A stretch of 64,000 nucleotides of DNA from contig NC_043019.1 of NCBI RefSeq assembly GCF_006345805.1, forward strand, positions 10,539,360-10,603,359. Reading direction: 5' to 3'. Shown here piece by piece: positions 38,800-51,147 of the stretch; positions within the stretch are counted from its first letter, which is position 1; every line of letters begins with the position of its first letter. Origin of the DNA: Octopus sinensis (taxonomy: Eukaryota). The translations under genes and the position numbers were made by a program. Under the pieces are notes generated by a model. The model saw only the letters and a program-made list of their open reading frames with translations. It made no database searches and was not told the origin of the DNA.

Positions 38800-39496
38800 C
38801 AGTGGCGGCTCGTGTATGGGCACTGCGGAACTGCAGCATCCCTTATTTCCACTCGATATTATCAATAACATTCAATTTAATGAGCCCCTTTTTTTCTTTA
38901 ATTCTTTCTTTATGCTTGTACATATAATCCTTAAACTTAATGTCAGTAGCAATCCCCTAGTTTATGAAAAAAGCACAAAATTCCTTGTATAGAATGTGCG
39001 CTTCATAGTTCCAGCGACGCACTATTTGGCTGTTGTGCGCATGCTCACATGTCCGAGATAGGAAGCTACACGCTAGGCTAAGAGAGCACTGTCGTTCACG
39101 CAGTGCCCACCCTGGTGAAAGGTAGTGTTTCTTTTTGACTCCGCATGTGTTGTGTTTAAAAGCATGTTTATATTCTTGAATGTGATAAAGTGTAGAATTA
39201 GATTTTTATCCTGCTTCCAGCTACAGTGTTGCTGTCAGGATTTGAAAAATAGGGCAGATTCCCTTCCCTCTTATTTTGTGATTTAAAGGGGATTTTTGAA
39301 AAACAAGGGGGAATTCGCGGTCGTGTTCAGTGAACAAATTAAACACACTACCCGGCAGTGGCTAAAACGCAAACCGATCAAGTTTGTGTATAAATTTTCT
39401 TTTTATATGTTTGTTTCCTTTTACACAATATTAAAACAGTGACTATACATTTTCTGAGGCAACAACCCCACTAATTTTATCTACAAGCCGCCACTG
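38800..39496. mobile_element. hAT-type non-autonomous DNA transposon
   Basis: TIRs cagtggcggctcgt / acaagccgccactg; perfect 8-bp TSD ATACACAC at 38792-38799 and 39497-39504. Confidence 0.88.
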
Positions 39497-40246
39497 ATAC
39501 ACACACAAACTTATTATTACGGCCGGGTTCCAACTCGGACCTCAGAAACAGAGTCCATTCGCAACACTTCTCGGTCCATCATCGTTGCCCCGAGGTCCAG
39601 TATCTGCAATCAGGTTGTCCATGTAAGTGTGACGCCCTTTTTTCTCTTTTTACATCACCATGAAGTGGGTTCCGCCAGACTAATTTGGGTGCTTCTAGTT
39701 AAGGGTGGTAAACGCAGTGATCAGATAACGGCAGCCGTTTTTGTCTGATCTGCTCGGCAGGTCTCCATAATGACATTCGTTTGTCATATGTTGCTGCCAT
39801 TTCACATATGGTGCCATTCGTTGATGGCAGATTAATTACTATGGCTGATGGGGAAACATAATCCTAAGAAGCGTTTTGCATATAGAAAAATACAATATAA
39901 AGAAATGACATAGCTCTATATACTATAATAAACCTACTGCCTAACTATGTTGTTGTAATTATATACCTTTTACTAAAAGCGATTATTAAAGTCTGTTATG
40001 TCTAGAAAATTCTTATAAATTCCAATTTTAATATATTTTAAAATCAAAATATGGCTCCCAATTGTTTATCATTGAAGTACGAACTTCAGTCACAAAATAA
40101 TTTATATTTACGGCGTTCAAAGGGTTTTCAATCTAATATTAACTTGCTATTATTTATAGCTTTATATAATGGACTTCGTGAGCCAATGTTAAAAAAAAAA
40201 ATTTCACCTTCTCTCGACAGTTTACAAAAATTATATATATAATTAT

Positions 40247-40640
40247 AGGCGCAGGAGTGGCTGTGTGGTAAGTAGCTTGCCTACCAACCACATGGTTCTG
40301 GGTTCAGTCCCACTGCGTGGCATCTTGGGCAAGTGTCTTCTGCTATAGCCTCGGGCCGACCAAAGCCTTGTGAGTGGATTTGGTAGACGGAAACTGAAAG
40401 AAGCCCGATGTATATATGTATATATATATAAGTGTATGTGTTTGTTCCCCTAGCATTGCTTGACAACCGATGCTGGTGTGTTTACGTCCTGATAACTTAG
40501 CGGTTCGGCAAAAGAGACCGATAGAATAAGTACTGGGCTTACAAAGAATAAGTCCCGGGGTCGATTTGCTCGACTAAAGGCGGTGCTCCAGCATGGCCGC
40601 AGTCATATGACTGAAACAAGTAAAAAGAGAAAAAGAGAAA
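40247..40640 (+). mobile_element. SINE S1
   Basis: Full-length match to S1. Confidence 0.92.
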
Positions 40641-40879
40641 GATAAGGATAAGATCGTTGTTTATATATCGATCTTATCAAGTGGCCAGCATGGAAATAAA
40701 GACCTTCAAAGGTAATAATTATTATTAAAATTATAATTTAGGGTATCTAAGAGATACCACCACGCTGGAAATAGCAACCAAATTTTTATATATATATATA
40801 TATATATTCTTTTATGCGTTTCAGCCCAAGGGCTGTGACCATGTTTGGTCACCGCCAGTATTGGCGCCTTTTCAATGGC

Positions 40880-41110
40880 CATTCTGTTTTGATTTGCTGT
40901 TGGTGAAGGAAGGAGTATGGTATTACTGCCCTCTTTCGAGCTTCTTGTGATGTGGGTTCATCTGGAGCTTTGGACAGCTAGATGTCGTTTGTTGAAAACA
41001 TCTAACCCTACTCCATGTAGATCTCACAGATGTTTTTGAAAGATATTAAATAGCTGTGGACCTTTAAATCCCACGCTTTTGCAGTACTTGTTCCTCACTT
41101 TAGATGGGAT
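40880..41110 (-). pseudogene. CR1/L2-group LINE ORF2 C-terminal fragment
   Basis: Minus strand reads KVRNKYCKSVGFKGPQLFNIFQKHL*DLHGVGLDVF...LSKAPDEPT. Confidence 0.6.
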
Positions 41111-41275
41111 GGGTGAGCAACGTGAAATAAAATGTTTTGCTCATGAACACAACTCACCACTCGGGTCTGGGAATCGAAATCACGGTCTCGCGTTCGCAAT
41201 ACCCTTAAAAATAGGCCATGCGCCCAGTGCTTAGAGTTAGCAATAATGTAAATATAGACTTCTTTCTCTGCTATT

Positions 41276-41659
41276 TAGGAAGCACTCCGTCGGTTACGAC
41301 GACGAGGGTTCCGGTAGATCCGAATCAACGGAACAGCCTGCTCGTGAAATTAACGTGTAAGTGGTTGAGCACTCCACAGACACGTGTACCCTTAACGCAG
41401 TTCTCGGGGATATTCAGCGTGACACAGAGAGTGACAAGGCCGGCCTTTTGAAATACAGGTACAACAGAAACAGGAAGTAAGAGTGAGAGAAAGTTGTGGT
41501 GAAAGAGTACAGCAGGGATCACCACCATCCCCTGTCGGAGCATCGTGGAGCTTTAGGTGTTTTCGCTCAATAAACACTCACAACGCCCGGTCTGGGAATC
41601 GAAACCGCGATCCTATGACCGCGAGTCCGCTGCCCTAACCACTGGGCCATTGCGCCCCC
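41276..41659 (-). mobile_element. tRNA(Arg)-like-headed SINE, family S3
   Basis: Head ggcgcaatggcccagtggttagggcagcggactcgcggtc...ttcgattccc; 11-bp TSD TCTCTGCTATT at 41265-41275 and 41660-41670. Confidence 0.9.
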
Positions 41660-42051
41660 TCTCTGCTATTAATGTGTCGTGAAAAGAGGGGAGGATTCGC
41701 TTGACGGACTCCTTTACAGTTTGTTAACCGCTACCAAAGAGAAGACGTATCCAGCTTCATTCAACGACAGTAATCAGCTACATAAAAAGCCACCGCGGAT
41801 TAATGGGAAACCCGATGGTGGACAGCTTCATTTGCATATTTGTATGTTTGGTGACTTGTCATTAATTGAGCATTAAGAGAAATCATGTCTAACATATTCT
41901 GAGTTTTTGCTTAGGGATGGCGCATTGTCCAACACGTTCTTTCTTTTTTTAAAAAGAAAAATTACGGTTGTTTGTGAGTTGACAAAAATTTGGCTGCTAC
42001 GGACGTAGAACTTTTACACATTGAGAACTTTCGTCTGCTACCAAGTATATA

Positions 42052-42617
42052 TTGGGTTGTCCGGAAAGTTCGTGCCGATTTATAGTAGCTTACCTTTCGA
42101 CTTATTTTAGAACATGGTTGAGTCCTTAAAATAGGATTTGACTACACCTCCATTTAGAGCACAGTTTAAGCTATCTTTTCGTGGAAGAAGGTTTATGTTC
42201 CTATAACCTGTGTTAATTCTGTAACCCTTTAAAATGGAAGATAAGAAAGTTCATTTTCGGCACTTGATGCTTTGGGAACCAGACAAAAATTGCTGCAGCT
42301 CGGCTGGGATGTGTTACCCCACCCTCCATATTCACCAGATATTGCTCCTTCGGATCTCCACTTATTCAGGTCTCTGCAGAATAGTCTTAATGGTAAAAAT
42401 TTCAATTCCTTGGATGACGTAAAAAGATAGCTTGATGAATTCTTTGCCATGAAACCACCTCAATTCTAGGAAGAGGGTATTTTCAAGTTAAAGGAAAGAT
42501 GGAGATGCATTGTGCAACAAAATGGTTCATATTTGGTTGATTAAAAATGTAATGGCAAGTATTTATTGACCTTTTTCTTTCCTTTAAAAATCGGCACGAA
42601 CTTTCCGGACAACCCAA
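42052..42617 (+). mobile_element. Internally deleted mariner element
   Basis: Perfect 30-bp TIRs ttgggttgtccggaaagttcgtgccgattt with TA TSD; MEDKKVHFRHLML fused to LGWDVLPHPPYSPDIAPSDLHLFRSLQN...RWRCIVQQNGSY. Confidence 0.95.
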
Positions 42618-42865
42618 TATAATGCCACACACACACACACACACACACAACACACACACACACACACACCACACACGCATACCACCAACTACAGGCAAAT
42701 AATGAAATGCATTATAATCGAACCAAGCGAAATCAAGTTTATTGAGCGTGGTACCTTTTGAAAAGTCACTTGATGAGAGACATCTGATGGAAGATGGGTC
42801 GAAACGATCGTTCTGATTAATAATCGCTTGAATCCAGTTTTCTCTTCGCTCATTTGTTATACACA

Positions 42866-43036
42866 CGCGATGCTGGTGTGTTTACGTCCCCGTAACTTAG
42901 CGGTTCGGCAAAAGAAAACGATAGAATAAGTACTAGGCTTACAAAGAATAAGTCCTGGGTCGATTTGCTCGACTAAAGGCGGTGCTCCAGCATGGCCGCA
43001 GTCAAATGACTGAAACAAGTAAAAGAGTAAAAGAGA
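42866..43036 (+). mobile_element. SINE S1, 3' half
   Basis: Body and tail match S1. Confidence 0.85.
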
Positions 43037-43059
43037 GTAAGAGTGTATATATATATATA

Positions 43060-43400
43060 AGGATAAATGTTTATATACATAAAGAACGTGAAATACAGGA
43101 AGGGACCAACACGTAACACGACAAATCATTCGAAGGACCCCCGAAGCCTTCAATCTTCAGTCAGACAAGACACATCATCATAGCAAATTTCGGCTGTTCA
43201 ATTCTGATATTTGCTCCAACTCGGCCAGTCCCAAGAAAAAAAACTAAGCTGTAGCATTAGATTTTTGGTAGAAGACAGGAATGTGAACGCACGAGACGGA
43301 TGTAAATACGAGAGACGAAAACGAAATTGAAAACGGTACGGTTAACAAAATATAATATAACGGTGGTTGTCATACGACTTTAGAGACCAAATGAGACAAA
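43060..43400 (-). mobile_element. PLE-like remnant, family C
   Basis: cgaagccttcaatcttcagtcag...aaatttcggctg...ctaagctgtagcattagat, homologous to 12916-13270. Confidence 0.6.
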
Positions 43401-43546
43401 AACAACAACATAGCACCGGCGTAGAAATAATTACCTTTTCGGTAGATATATATATGTATGTATATGTATATATATGTATGTATATGTATGCATATAGATA
43501 TTGTATGTATATATATAATGTATGTATATATATATATATTAATATC

Positions 43547-43577
<31 letters not shown>

Positions 43578-43660
43578 ATTTGTAATATGTATATATATGT
43601 ATGTATATGTATGTATATATAATATATATATTATATATATATATATTATATATATATATA

Positions 43661-43733
43661 TATTGTACACCACCTGTTTTGTACACCACCTGTCTTCGTC
43701 TTTTGTTTTTTTTTCGTAAACTTTCCCTATATA

Positions 43734-43779
<46 letters not shown>

Positions 43780-44072
43780 GAAAGTTTACGAAAAAAAAAA
43801 ACAAAAGACGAAGACAGGTGGTGTACAAACAGGTGTGTACAATATATATATATATATATATATCTATAGATATATATATAGGGAGAGTTTAAGAAAAAAA
43901 CAAAAGACGAAGACAGGTGGTGTACAAAACAACAGATGTATTATATAACGCTCAGGAATAGAAAAAAGTCTTTTACGTTTCGAGCCTACGCTCTCCTACA
44001 GAAAGGGACACAGGAAAAACAAAAAAAAAAGGAGAGAAAAAAAAATGTGTGTAGTGGCTAACGATCTATCAT
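43661..44072 (-). mobile_element. Family-B PLE-like remnant plus inverted partial copies around (AT)n
   Basis: 43661-43727 and 43777-43843 are mutual reverse complements; motif CUUU-CUGUAGGA-GAGC-GUAG-GCUC-GAAAC-GUA-AAAG at 43970-44005(-). Confidence 0.7.
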
Positions 44073-44784
44073 ATATAAGATGCAAATATTAAACATTGTT
44101 TAATATAAAATTATAAATTACAGAAATTGAAGATTCACTATATTTTTTTTCTCCTCAGAAATATGATCCTTTAGGTTCTCGTGTACTCGTAATTTCCGCC
44201 CCTCCCTCCCTGCTGAAACGATGCCCCCCACCCATCCATCCATACATACATACACACAGACAAAAGCTCCGGCTTAGATTTACCTTGTTGTCTAGTAAAA
44301 AGTCTTGTTGTTGTTGTTGTTGGTGGTGGTGCATTTGCTTCTCGTGAACTGACCGAGAAAGCTCACAAAACAGCCAATCAGCGAAAAGACACAAGTCCTG
44401 CTCCACCCCCCACCCCCCACCTCCACCCCCCACCTCCACCCCCGCCTCCATCCCTTAACACCCGACCAAGCACGACAAACACCACTCACACCACCACCAC
44501 CACCACCACCACCACCGCAGTCACAACTGCTATCACATGCTCTACATACACTGCCGTCACCACCACCACCACCATTACTAACCAGTCTCGTCGGTCGCCG
44601 CAAAGGGATTGGCTACCGACAACAAATTACCGACATCGCAATCACCACCACCATCACCACCACCAACAACAACATCAACGGAATTTGTTTGTTCAACAGA
44701 AATTGTTTGGTGTTGATGTTGTTGTGTAAGTAAGTAACTGCTCGTCCGAGCCAGCCCCGACGTAGCAAAACCTTTATGATCAGA

Positions 44785-45115
44785 GCCGAGGTCGACTTTG
44801 CCTTTCATCCTTTCGGGGTCGATAAATTAAGTACCAGTTACACACTGGGGTCGATATAATCGACTTAATACCTATGTCTGTCCCCGTTTGTCCCCTCTGT
44901 GTTTAGCACCTTGTGGGGTAGTAAAGAAATAGGTATTTTGTCTGCCACTACGTTCTGAGTTCAAATTCCGCCGAGGTCGACTTTGTCTTTCATCCTTTCG
45001 GGGTCGATAAATTAAGTACCAGTTACACACTGGGTTCGATATAATCGACTTAATACCTATGTCTGTCCTTGTTTGTCCCCTCTATGTTTAGCCCCTTGTG
45101 GGTAGTAAAGAAATA
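44785..45115 (+). mobile_element. SINE S2 dimer, 5'-truncated
   Basis: Junction gtaaagaaataggtattttgtctgcc at ~44921-44946. Confidence 0.85.
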
Positions 45116-45333
45116 TATGATCAGAGCTGAGCTCAAGGGTTGCTGGCGACCCGGGAAAGTTGAATTTCGGCACCCATAAATTAGTTGTCTAAAGATTTTC
45201 ACAGAAACAATTGAAAATGTAACGAAAGTGTTTTTAATGTCAAAATAAAAATATATATATTTATCAAATATAGGAATATAATCTATATTACTAATGTTAT
45301 TAAATATAAGGATTAAGTGTGTATTATAATTTA

Positions 45334-45725
45334 CTAGCAGTATCGCCCGGCGTTGCTCGGGTTTGTTTCGACCCTTTAGAATTGGACTTTTTGAAAAGTA
45401 AAAATTTTGCATTATGTAGCTTGTTATTCTCATTAAGAGAACACTTTTCTGGTTGAAATACACCGAGAAATGGCGACACAGCAGTCAAAATATCGTAAAA
45501 AGTAGGGATTTTCAAGAAAAAAAAAAAGCACCTTTTTGATGTAAATAATTTTTGGTGTTAACATGGTCCGATTTTAATTTTTTTTCTACGGAAGGAAGAG
45601 CAAGCCTTCTTCTATCATACTCTCAATTTTGGTCAACCTGCGCCGCAGGGTCTCGGAGGAGATAGTGTTAGTTGAAGGCTACCAAACCTGCTTATACACA
45701 GACTTCGGCTTTATATATAGAGAGA
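45334..45725 (-). mobile_element. Non-autonomous Helitron
   Basis: 5' TC, 3' hairpin cccgagcaacgccggg followed by CTAG|T; homologous to the 52450 array. Confidence 0.85.
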
Positions 45726-45867
45726 TTTAGATTTAGAAATAAAATATTTATTGTGTTAAATATAAAAGTAGATTGTATAGTTTATAATGTTTATAATAAT
45801 TTATTAAAGATGAGAAAATATTAATTGCAGTTTATTAAATATAGGAATAAACTGTCATTAAATGTAG

Positions 45868-46150
45868 GAATATGGCTCAGTGGTTAGAACATCGGGCTTA
45901 CAATCATGTAGTTGTGAGTTCGATTCCCGGACCGGACCGTGTGTTGTGTTCTTGAGCAAGACACTTTATTCCATGTTGTTCCAGTTCACTCAGCTGTAGA
46001 AATGAGTTGAGTATCGGCTTTTGCCTTTCCCTTGGATAACATTGGCCTCATGGAGAGGGAAGCTGGTATGCATGGGCGACTGCTAGTCTTCCATAACCTT
46101 GCCTGGACTTGTCCCTCAGAGGGGAAACTTTCCAGGTGCAATCCCATGGT
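45868..46150 (+). mobile_element. tRNA-derived SINE, family S4
   Basis: A box TGGCTCAGTGG, B box GAGTTCGATTCC, CORE/V-like ttcttgagcaagacactt. Confidence 0.75.
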
Positions 46151-46553
46151 CATACGCACACACACAAATGCACATACACGTATCCTGTTAATGTACTCTA
46201 TAGAATTATGGAGCAACGAGGTAAGGTGTACTCTGAATGAGAACAAAAACGTTGTTTATGAATTACAGACTTCTATTGTAGCTCTTATTGTAACTGCTTA
46301 ACACAAGGCCTTGGCCTCGTGTTATTTTTAGCAGATTGAGCGACCCATGATAGCTCCCTGTGAATAAGATATCTCATCCGTAACCAATCTGTCACGTTTT
46401 TAAGCTGTATGCATTTAAGAATACGCCATTTCAAATTGTCTTTCTTTCAAATTTACGGCAATTTAGCAACTATTTCTAGTAGGTTGTGTGACCTATGATA
46501 GCGCCAAACCAATGACATAAGACACCCCGTGCGTGTCCTCATTGGTTCAGTAC

Positions 46554-47772
46554 AACTAGGATCAAAGCCATGCCAGCCGTGACCATCTCCCTTTATGTGG
46601 TGGGTTGAGTAGAACTAGGATCAAACCCATGCCAGCCGTGAACATCTCCCTTTATGTGGTGGGTTGAGTAGAACTAGGATCAAAGCCATGCCAGCCGTGA
46701 CCATCTCCCTTTATGTGGTAGGTAGAGTAGAACTAGGATCAAAGCCATGCCGGCCGTGAACATCTCCCTTTATGTGGTGGGTAGAGTAGAACTAGGATCA
46801 AAGCCATGCCAGCCGTGACCATCTCCCTTTATGTGGTGGGTAGAGTAGAACTAGAATCAAAGCCATGCCAGCCGTGACCATCTCTCTTTATGTGGTGTGT
46901 TGAGTAGAACTAGGATCAAAGCCATGCCAGCCGTGACCATCTCCCTTTATGTGGTGGGTTGAGTAGAACTAGGATCAAAGCTATGCCAGCCGTGACCATC
47001 TCCCTTTATGTGGTGGGTTGATTATAACTAGGATCAAAGCCATGCCAGCCGTGACCATCTCCCTTTATGTGGTGGGTTGAGTAGAACTAGGATCAAAGCC
47101 ATGCCAGCCGTGACCATCTCCCTTTATGTGGTGGGTTGAGTAGAACTAGGATCAAAGCCATGCCAGCCGTGACCATCTCCCTTTATGTGGTGGGTTGAGT
47201 AGAACTAGGATCAAAGCCATGCCAGCCGTGACCATCTCCCTTTATGTGGTGGGTTGAGTAGAACTAGGATCAAAGCTATGCCAGCCGTGACCATCTCCCT
47301 TTATGTGGTGGGTTGAGTAGAACTAGGTTGAAAGCCATGCCAGCCGTGACCATCTCCCTTTATGTGGTGGGTTGAGTAGAACTAGGATCAAACCCATGCC
47401 AGCCGTGACCATCTCCCTTTATGTGGTGGGTTGAGTAGAACTAGGATCAAAGCCATGCCAGCCGTGACCATCTCCCTTTATTGTGGGTGGGTTGAGTAGA
47501 AATAGGATCAAAGCCATGCCAGCCGTGACCCCCCCTTTATGTGGTGGGTTGATTATAACTAGGATCAAAGCCATGCCAGCCGTGACCATCTCCCTTTATG
47601 TGGTGGGTTGAGTAGAACTAGGATCAAAACCATGCCAGCCGTGACCATCTCCCTTTATGTGGTGGGTTGAGTAGAACTAGGATCAAAACCATGCCAGCCG
47701 TGACCATCTCCCTTTATGTGGTGGGTTGAGTAGAACTAGGATCAAAACCATGCCAGCCGTGACCATCTCCCT
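46554..47772. repeat. 59-bp minisatellite, ~20.6 copies
   Basis: Unit agaactaggatcaaagccatgccagccgtgaccatctccctttatgtggtgggttgagt; followed by (TATC)n at 47775-47940. Confidence 0.97.
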
Positions 47773-47795
47773 TCTATTATCTATCTATCTATCTA

Positions 47796-47880
<85 letters not shown>

Positions 47881-47881
47881 G

Positions 47882-47937
<56 letters not shown>

Positions 47938-48278
47938 GCTATTTATCTCCCTGCCTGCCTGCCTGTCTGCCTGTCCTCTATGTTATTTTTCCGCTTATAA
48001 TAAAAAACACAACTCCTAAAACGCAGTAAACATCCTCCCTTCCTTCCTATATAATTAATCTCCAGTAAACAAGTAATCCAAGCTGAGCTTCGCATAAACA
48101 AGCAGCTGCCACAGCAAATTTAGGGCATACCAACCATAGTTTCCCGCCAAAATCACTCTAGCCACGCCTACTCCGACCACATGCTTTATAATATCTTATG
48201 TAATTATCTGTTAAAGACGGTGGCGGGAGATGAATATGTCTTCACTAATAACCTTTATATCACCGTAACCCTATGATG

Positions 48279-48313
<35 letters not shown>

Positions 48314-48619
48314 ACACGAAACTAAACAAGTACTTAATGGTGTTGTTGTCGTTGTTCACGTAAATATGTAGTTGCGGGGTTTTATTTTTCTGGTTTTTAT
48401 TTAAAGTGTCCGTTTAGTTAGCATTTTTTTTTTCGACAAGGTCACGTTTTTTTCCACAATATTGTGTTTACGTGCACATATGTGTATTTACTTACATTTG
48501 CTTATTATATATATATATATAAATATAGATATATATATATTATATATATATATATAGATATATATATATATATAGTGTATGTATATATATATATATAACT
48601 ACAAAATTAGAACCTATAT

Positions 48620-48651
<32 letters not shown>

Positions 48652-48834
48652 ATATAGATATATATATATATAATATATATATATATAAGAATGTATGTAA
48701 TATTTATATATATATATATATTATATATAGGTTCTAATTTTGTAGTTATATATATATTATATATATATATTAGATATAGGTTCTAATTTTGTAGTTATAT
48801 ATATATATATATATAAGTGTAAACAGTAAAAATA

Positions 48835-49200
48835 ATTACAGACATGGACAAGAACATGAAACACCACAGAGACGACACAAGAACCACAGGACGGGACATT
48901 CGAAGCCCTCAGTCATCAGTCAAGAACCAGATCATCTTAGCAATTTCGGCTGATTATCTTGAGATTGCTCCGATATGGCCAGCCCGCCAAGGGAAATCTA
49001 AGCCAAGCGCATTAGATCCCTGAAGAAAGCTTCGAATGTATACAACGCGAGGACGGAAACGAACGAAGTACATAAACAAAATACAGAATACGTGACACCA
49101 AAAGAAATACAAAAACGTAAAAACAATAACGGTAAAAATAAAAATAAAAAAATAAACAACAAAACAAAAACCAGACGTAGGACAAGGGTCTTTCGACAGG
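48835..49200 (-). mobile_element. PLE-like remnant, family C, between (AT)n tracts
   Basis: ggacaagaac...cattcgaagccctcagtcatcagtcaagaaccagatcatc...gcaatttcggctgattatcttgagattgctcc. Confidence 0.65.
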
Positions 49201-49236
49201 ATATATATATATATATATATAATTAATATAATATAT

Positions 49237-49285
<49 letters not shown>

Positions 49286-49331
49286 ATATATATAATATAT
49301 ATATATATATATATAATATATATATATATAT

Positions 49332-49379
<48 letters not shown>

Positions 49380-49383
49380 TATA

Positions 49384-49427
<44 letters not shown>

Positions 49428-49449
49428 ATATATATATATATATTATATA

Positions 49450-49779
49450 TAGGCGTAGAGTGGCTGTGTGGTAAGTAGCTTGCTTACGAACCACATGGTT
49501 CCGGGTTAAGTCCCACTGCGGGGCACCTTGGGTAAGTGTCTTCTACTATAGCCTCGGGCCGACCAAAAGCCTTGTGAGTGGATTTGGTAGACGGAAATGA
49601 GAAGCCCGTCATATATATGACATATTATATATATATATAGCGGTTCGGCAAAAAGAGACCGATAGAATAAGTACTAGGCTTACAAAAGAATAAGTCCCGG
49701 GGTCGAGTTGCTCGACTAAAGGTGGTGCTCCAGCATGGCCGCAGTCAAATGACTGAAACAAGTAAAAGAGTAAAAGAGT
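49450..49779 (+). mobile_element. SINE S1 with a deletion adjoining its (AT)n tract
   Basis: Head and tail are intact; ~70 bp of the body is missing after the tract. Confidence 0.85.
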
Positions 49780-49802
49780 ATATATACATACATATTATAT
49801 AT

Positions 49803-49968
49803 ATTTCGTCTGGCGTTACGGTCTGAGTTCAAATTCCGCCGAGGTCGACATTGCCTTTCATCCTTTCGGGGTCGATAAATAAAGTACCAATTTCGCACTG
49901 GGGTCGATTTAATCGACTTAATCCCTTTGTCTGTCCCTGTTTGTCCCCTCTGTGTTTAGCCCTTGTGC
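49803..49968 (+). mobile_element. Headless SINE S2 unit
   Basis: Begins at tatttcgtctgg, which is the multimer junction position. Confidence 0.8.
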
Positions 49969-49983
49969 GCCGTATATAAATAA

Positions 49984-50029
<46 letters not shown>

Positions 50030-50032
50030 AAC

Positions 50033-50217
50033 TTAATCCAAACAAGAAAACAAAAAGACAACAACGCAAGGACGTGGAACAAATAAAGTATTATTGGACG
50101 CTCAGGAAAGAAGGGAAGAAGGAGGGTTTGACGTTTCGAGCGGAGCTCTTCGTCGGAAACATAGGAGACGGGAGGACAGAGGAAAAAAAAATCGCGGTGG
50201 TATTCACGAGGTCACAT
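50033..50217 (-). mobile_element. PLE-like remnant, family A, with hammerhead motif
   Basis: Minus 50126-50160 reads GUUU-CCGACGA-A-GAGC-UCC-GCUC-GAAAC-GUC-AAAC. Confidence 0.72.
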
Positions 50218-50219
50218 AC

Positions 50220-50253
<34 letters not shown>

Positions 50254-50369
50254 TAATATATATATATAACCATGCATACATACGATAGATAGATATAGAT
50301 AGATAGATAGATATATAAATGATAGATAGATAGATAGATAGATGATAGATAGAATAGATAGATAGATAG

Positions 50370-50423
<54 letters not shown>

Positions 50424-50608
50424 GTTCTTTATTGGCCACACAGGGCTGGACAAGTTACAAGGTAGAGCTTTTCTTTTGGGGGATGGAAAAAACAAAGAAA
50501 CAAAAACAAAAAAAGGGGTGGCGTAGGTTTTCGATCAAGAGGGATCGTAAAAGGGAAGAAAAGAACAAAAAAAAAAGATAAAAATAAAATAAAATAAAAA
50601 TAAAAAAA
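50424..50608 (-). mobile_element. LINE 3' end embedded in (GATA)n
   Basis: Reverse complement of 51985-52099; (GATA)n on both sides. Confidence 0.7.
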
Positions 50609-50742
50609 GATAGATAGATAGATAGATAGATAGATTGATTGATAGATAGATAAACAGTCATAGATATAGTTGGATAGGCTTGTTGACATAATCAGAAAAA
50701 CAACTAGAACGTGAATAGTACACACACACACACACAACACAC

Positions 50743-50777
<35 letters not shown>

Positions 50778-51098
50778 GGTAAAAGTGCATACTGCTGTCT
50801 ATATTAATTTTCTAATACACACACACACACACACGTTTATGAATTTGTTTTGCAAGATTCCTGGTGTGAAATCAAGTGTTGAAACGGATATCGTATAATA
50901 ATTTGGGGATGGTCTTTTTTTTTTTTTAAATAAAGACGCACTGTAGTACGTGTTTACTTGGACAAAAAAAATAATAAGAATAAAATAATAATAATAATAA
51001 TAATAAGAATATAATAATAATAATAATGGATAATAAGAAATGAGAGAATAATAATAATAATAATAATAATATAATAATAATGATAATGATAATAAATA

Positions 51099-51147
<49 letters not shown>

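Noticed and set aside
41585-41659. tRNA-Arg gene (also at ~53930-54004 and the S1/S4 heads)
   Set aside because: These are tRNA-like heads attached to SINE bodies, with TSDs in the S3 copies; the cloverleaf and acceptor stem are imperfect.
44375-44615. Promoter with two CCAAT boxes (AGCCAATCAG, GATTGGCT)
   Set aside because: No associated gene or TSS evidence; the motifs alone are insufficient.
46554-47772. CRISPR-like array
   Set aside because: Whole units repeat with no unique spacers, there are no cas genes, and the context is eukaryotic.
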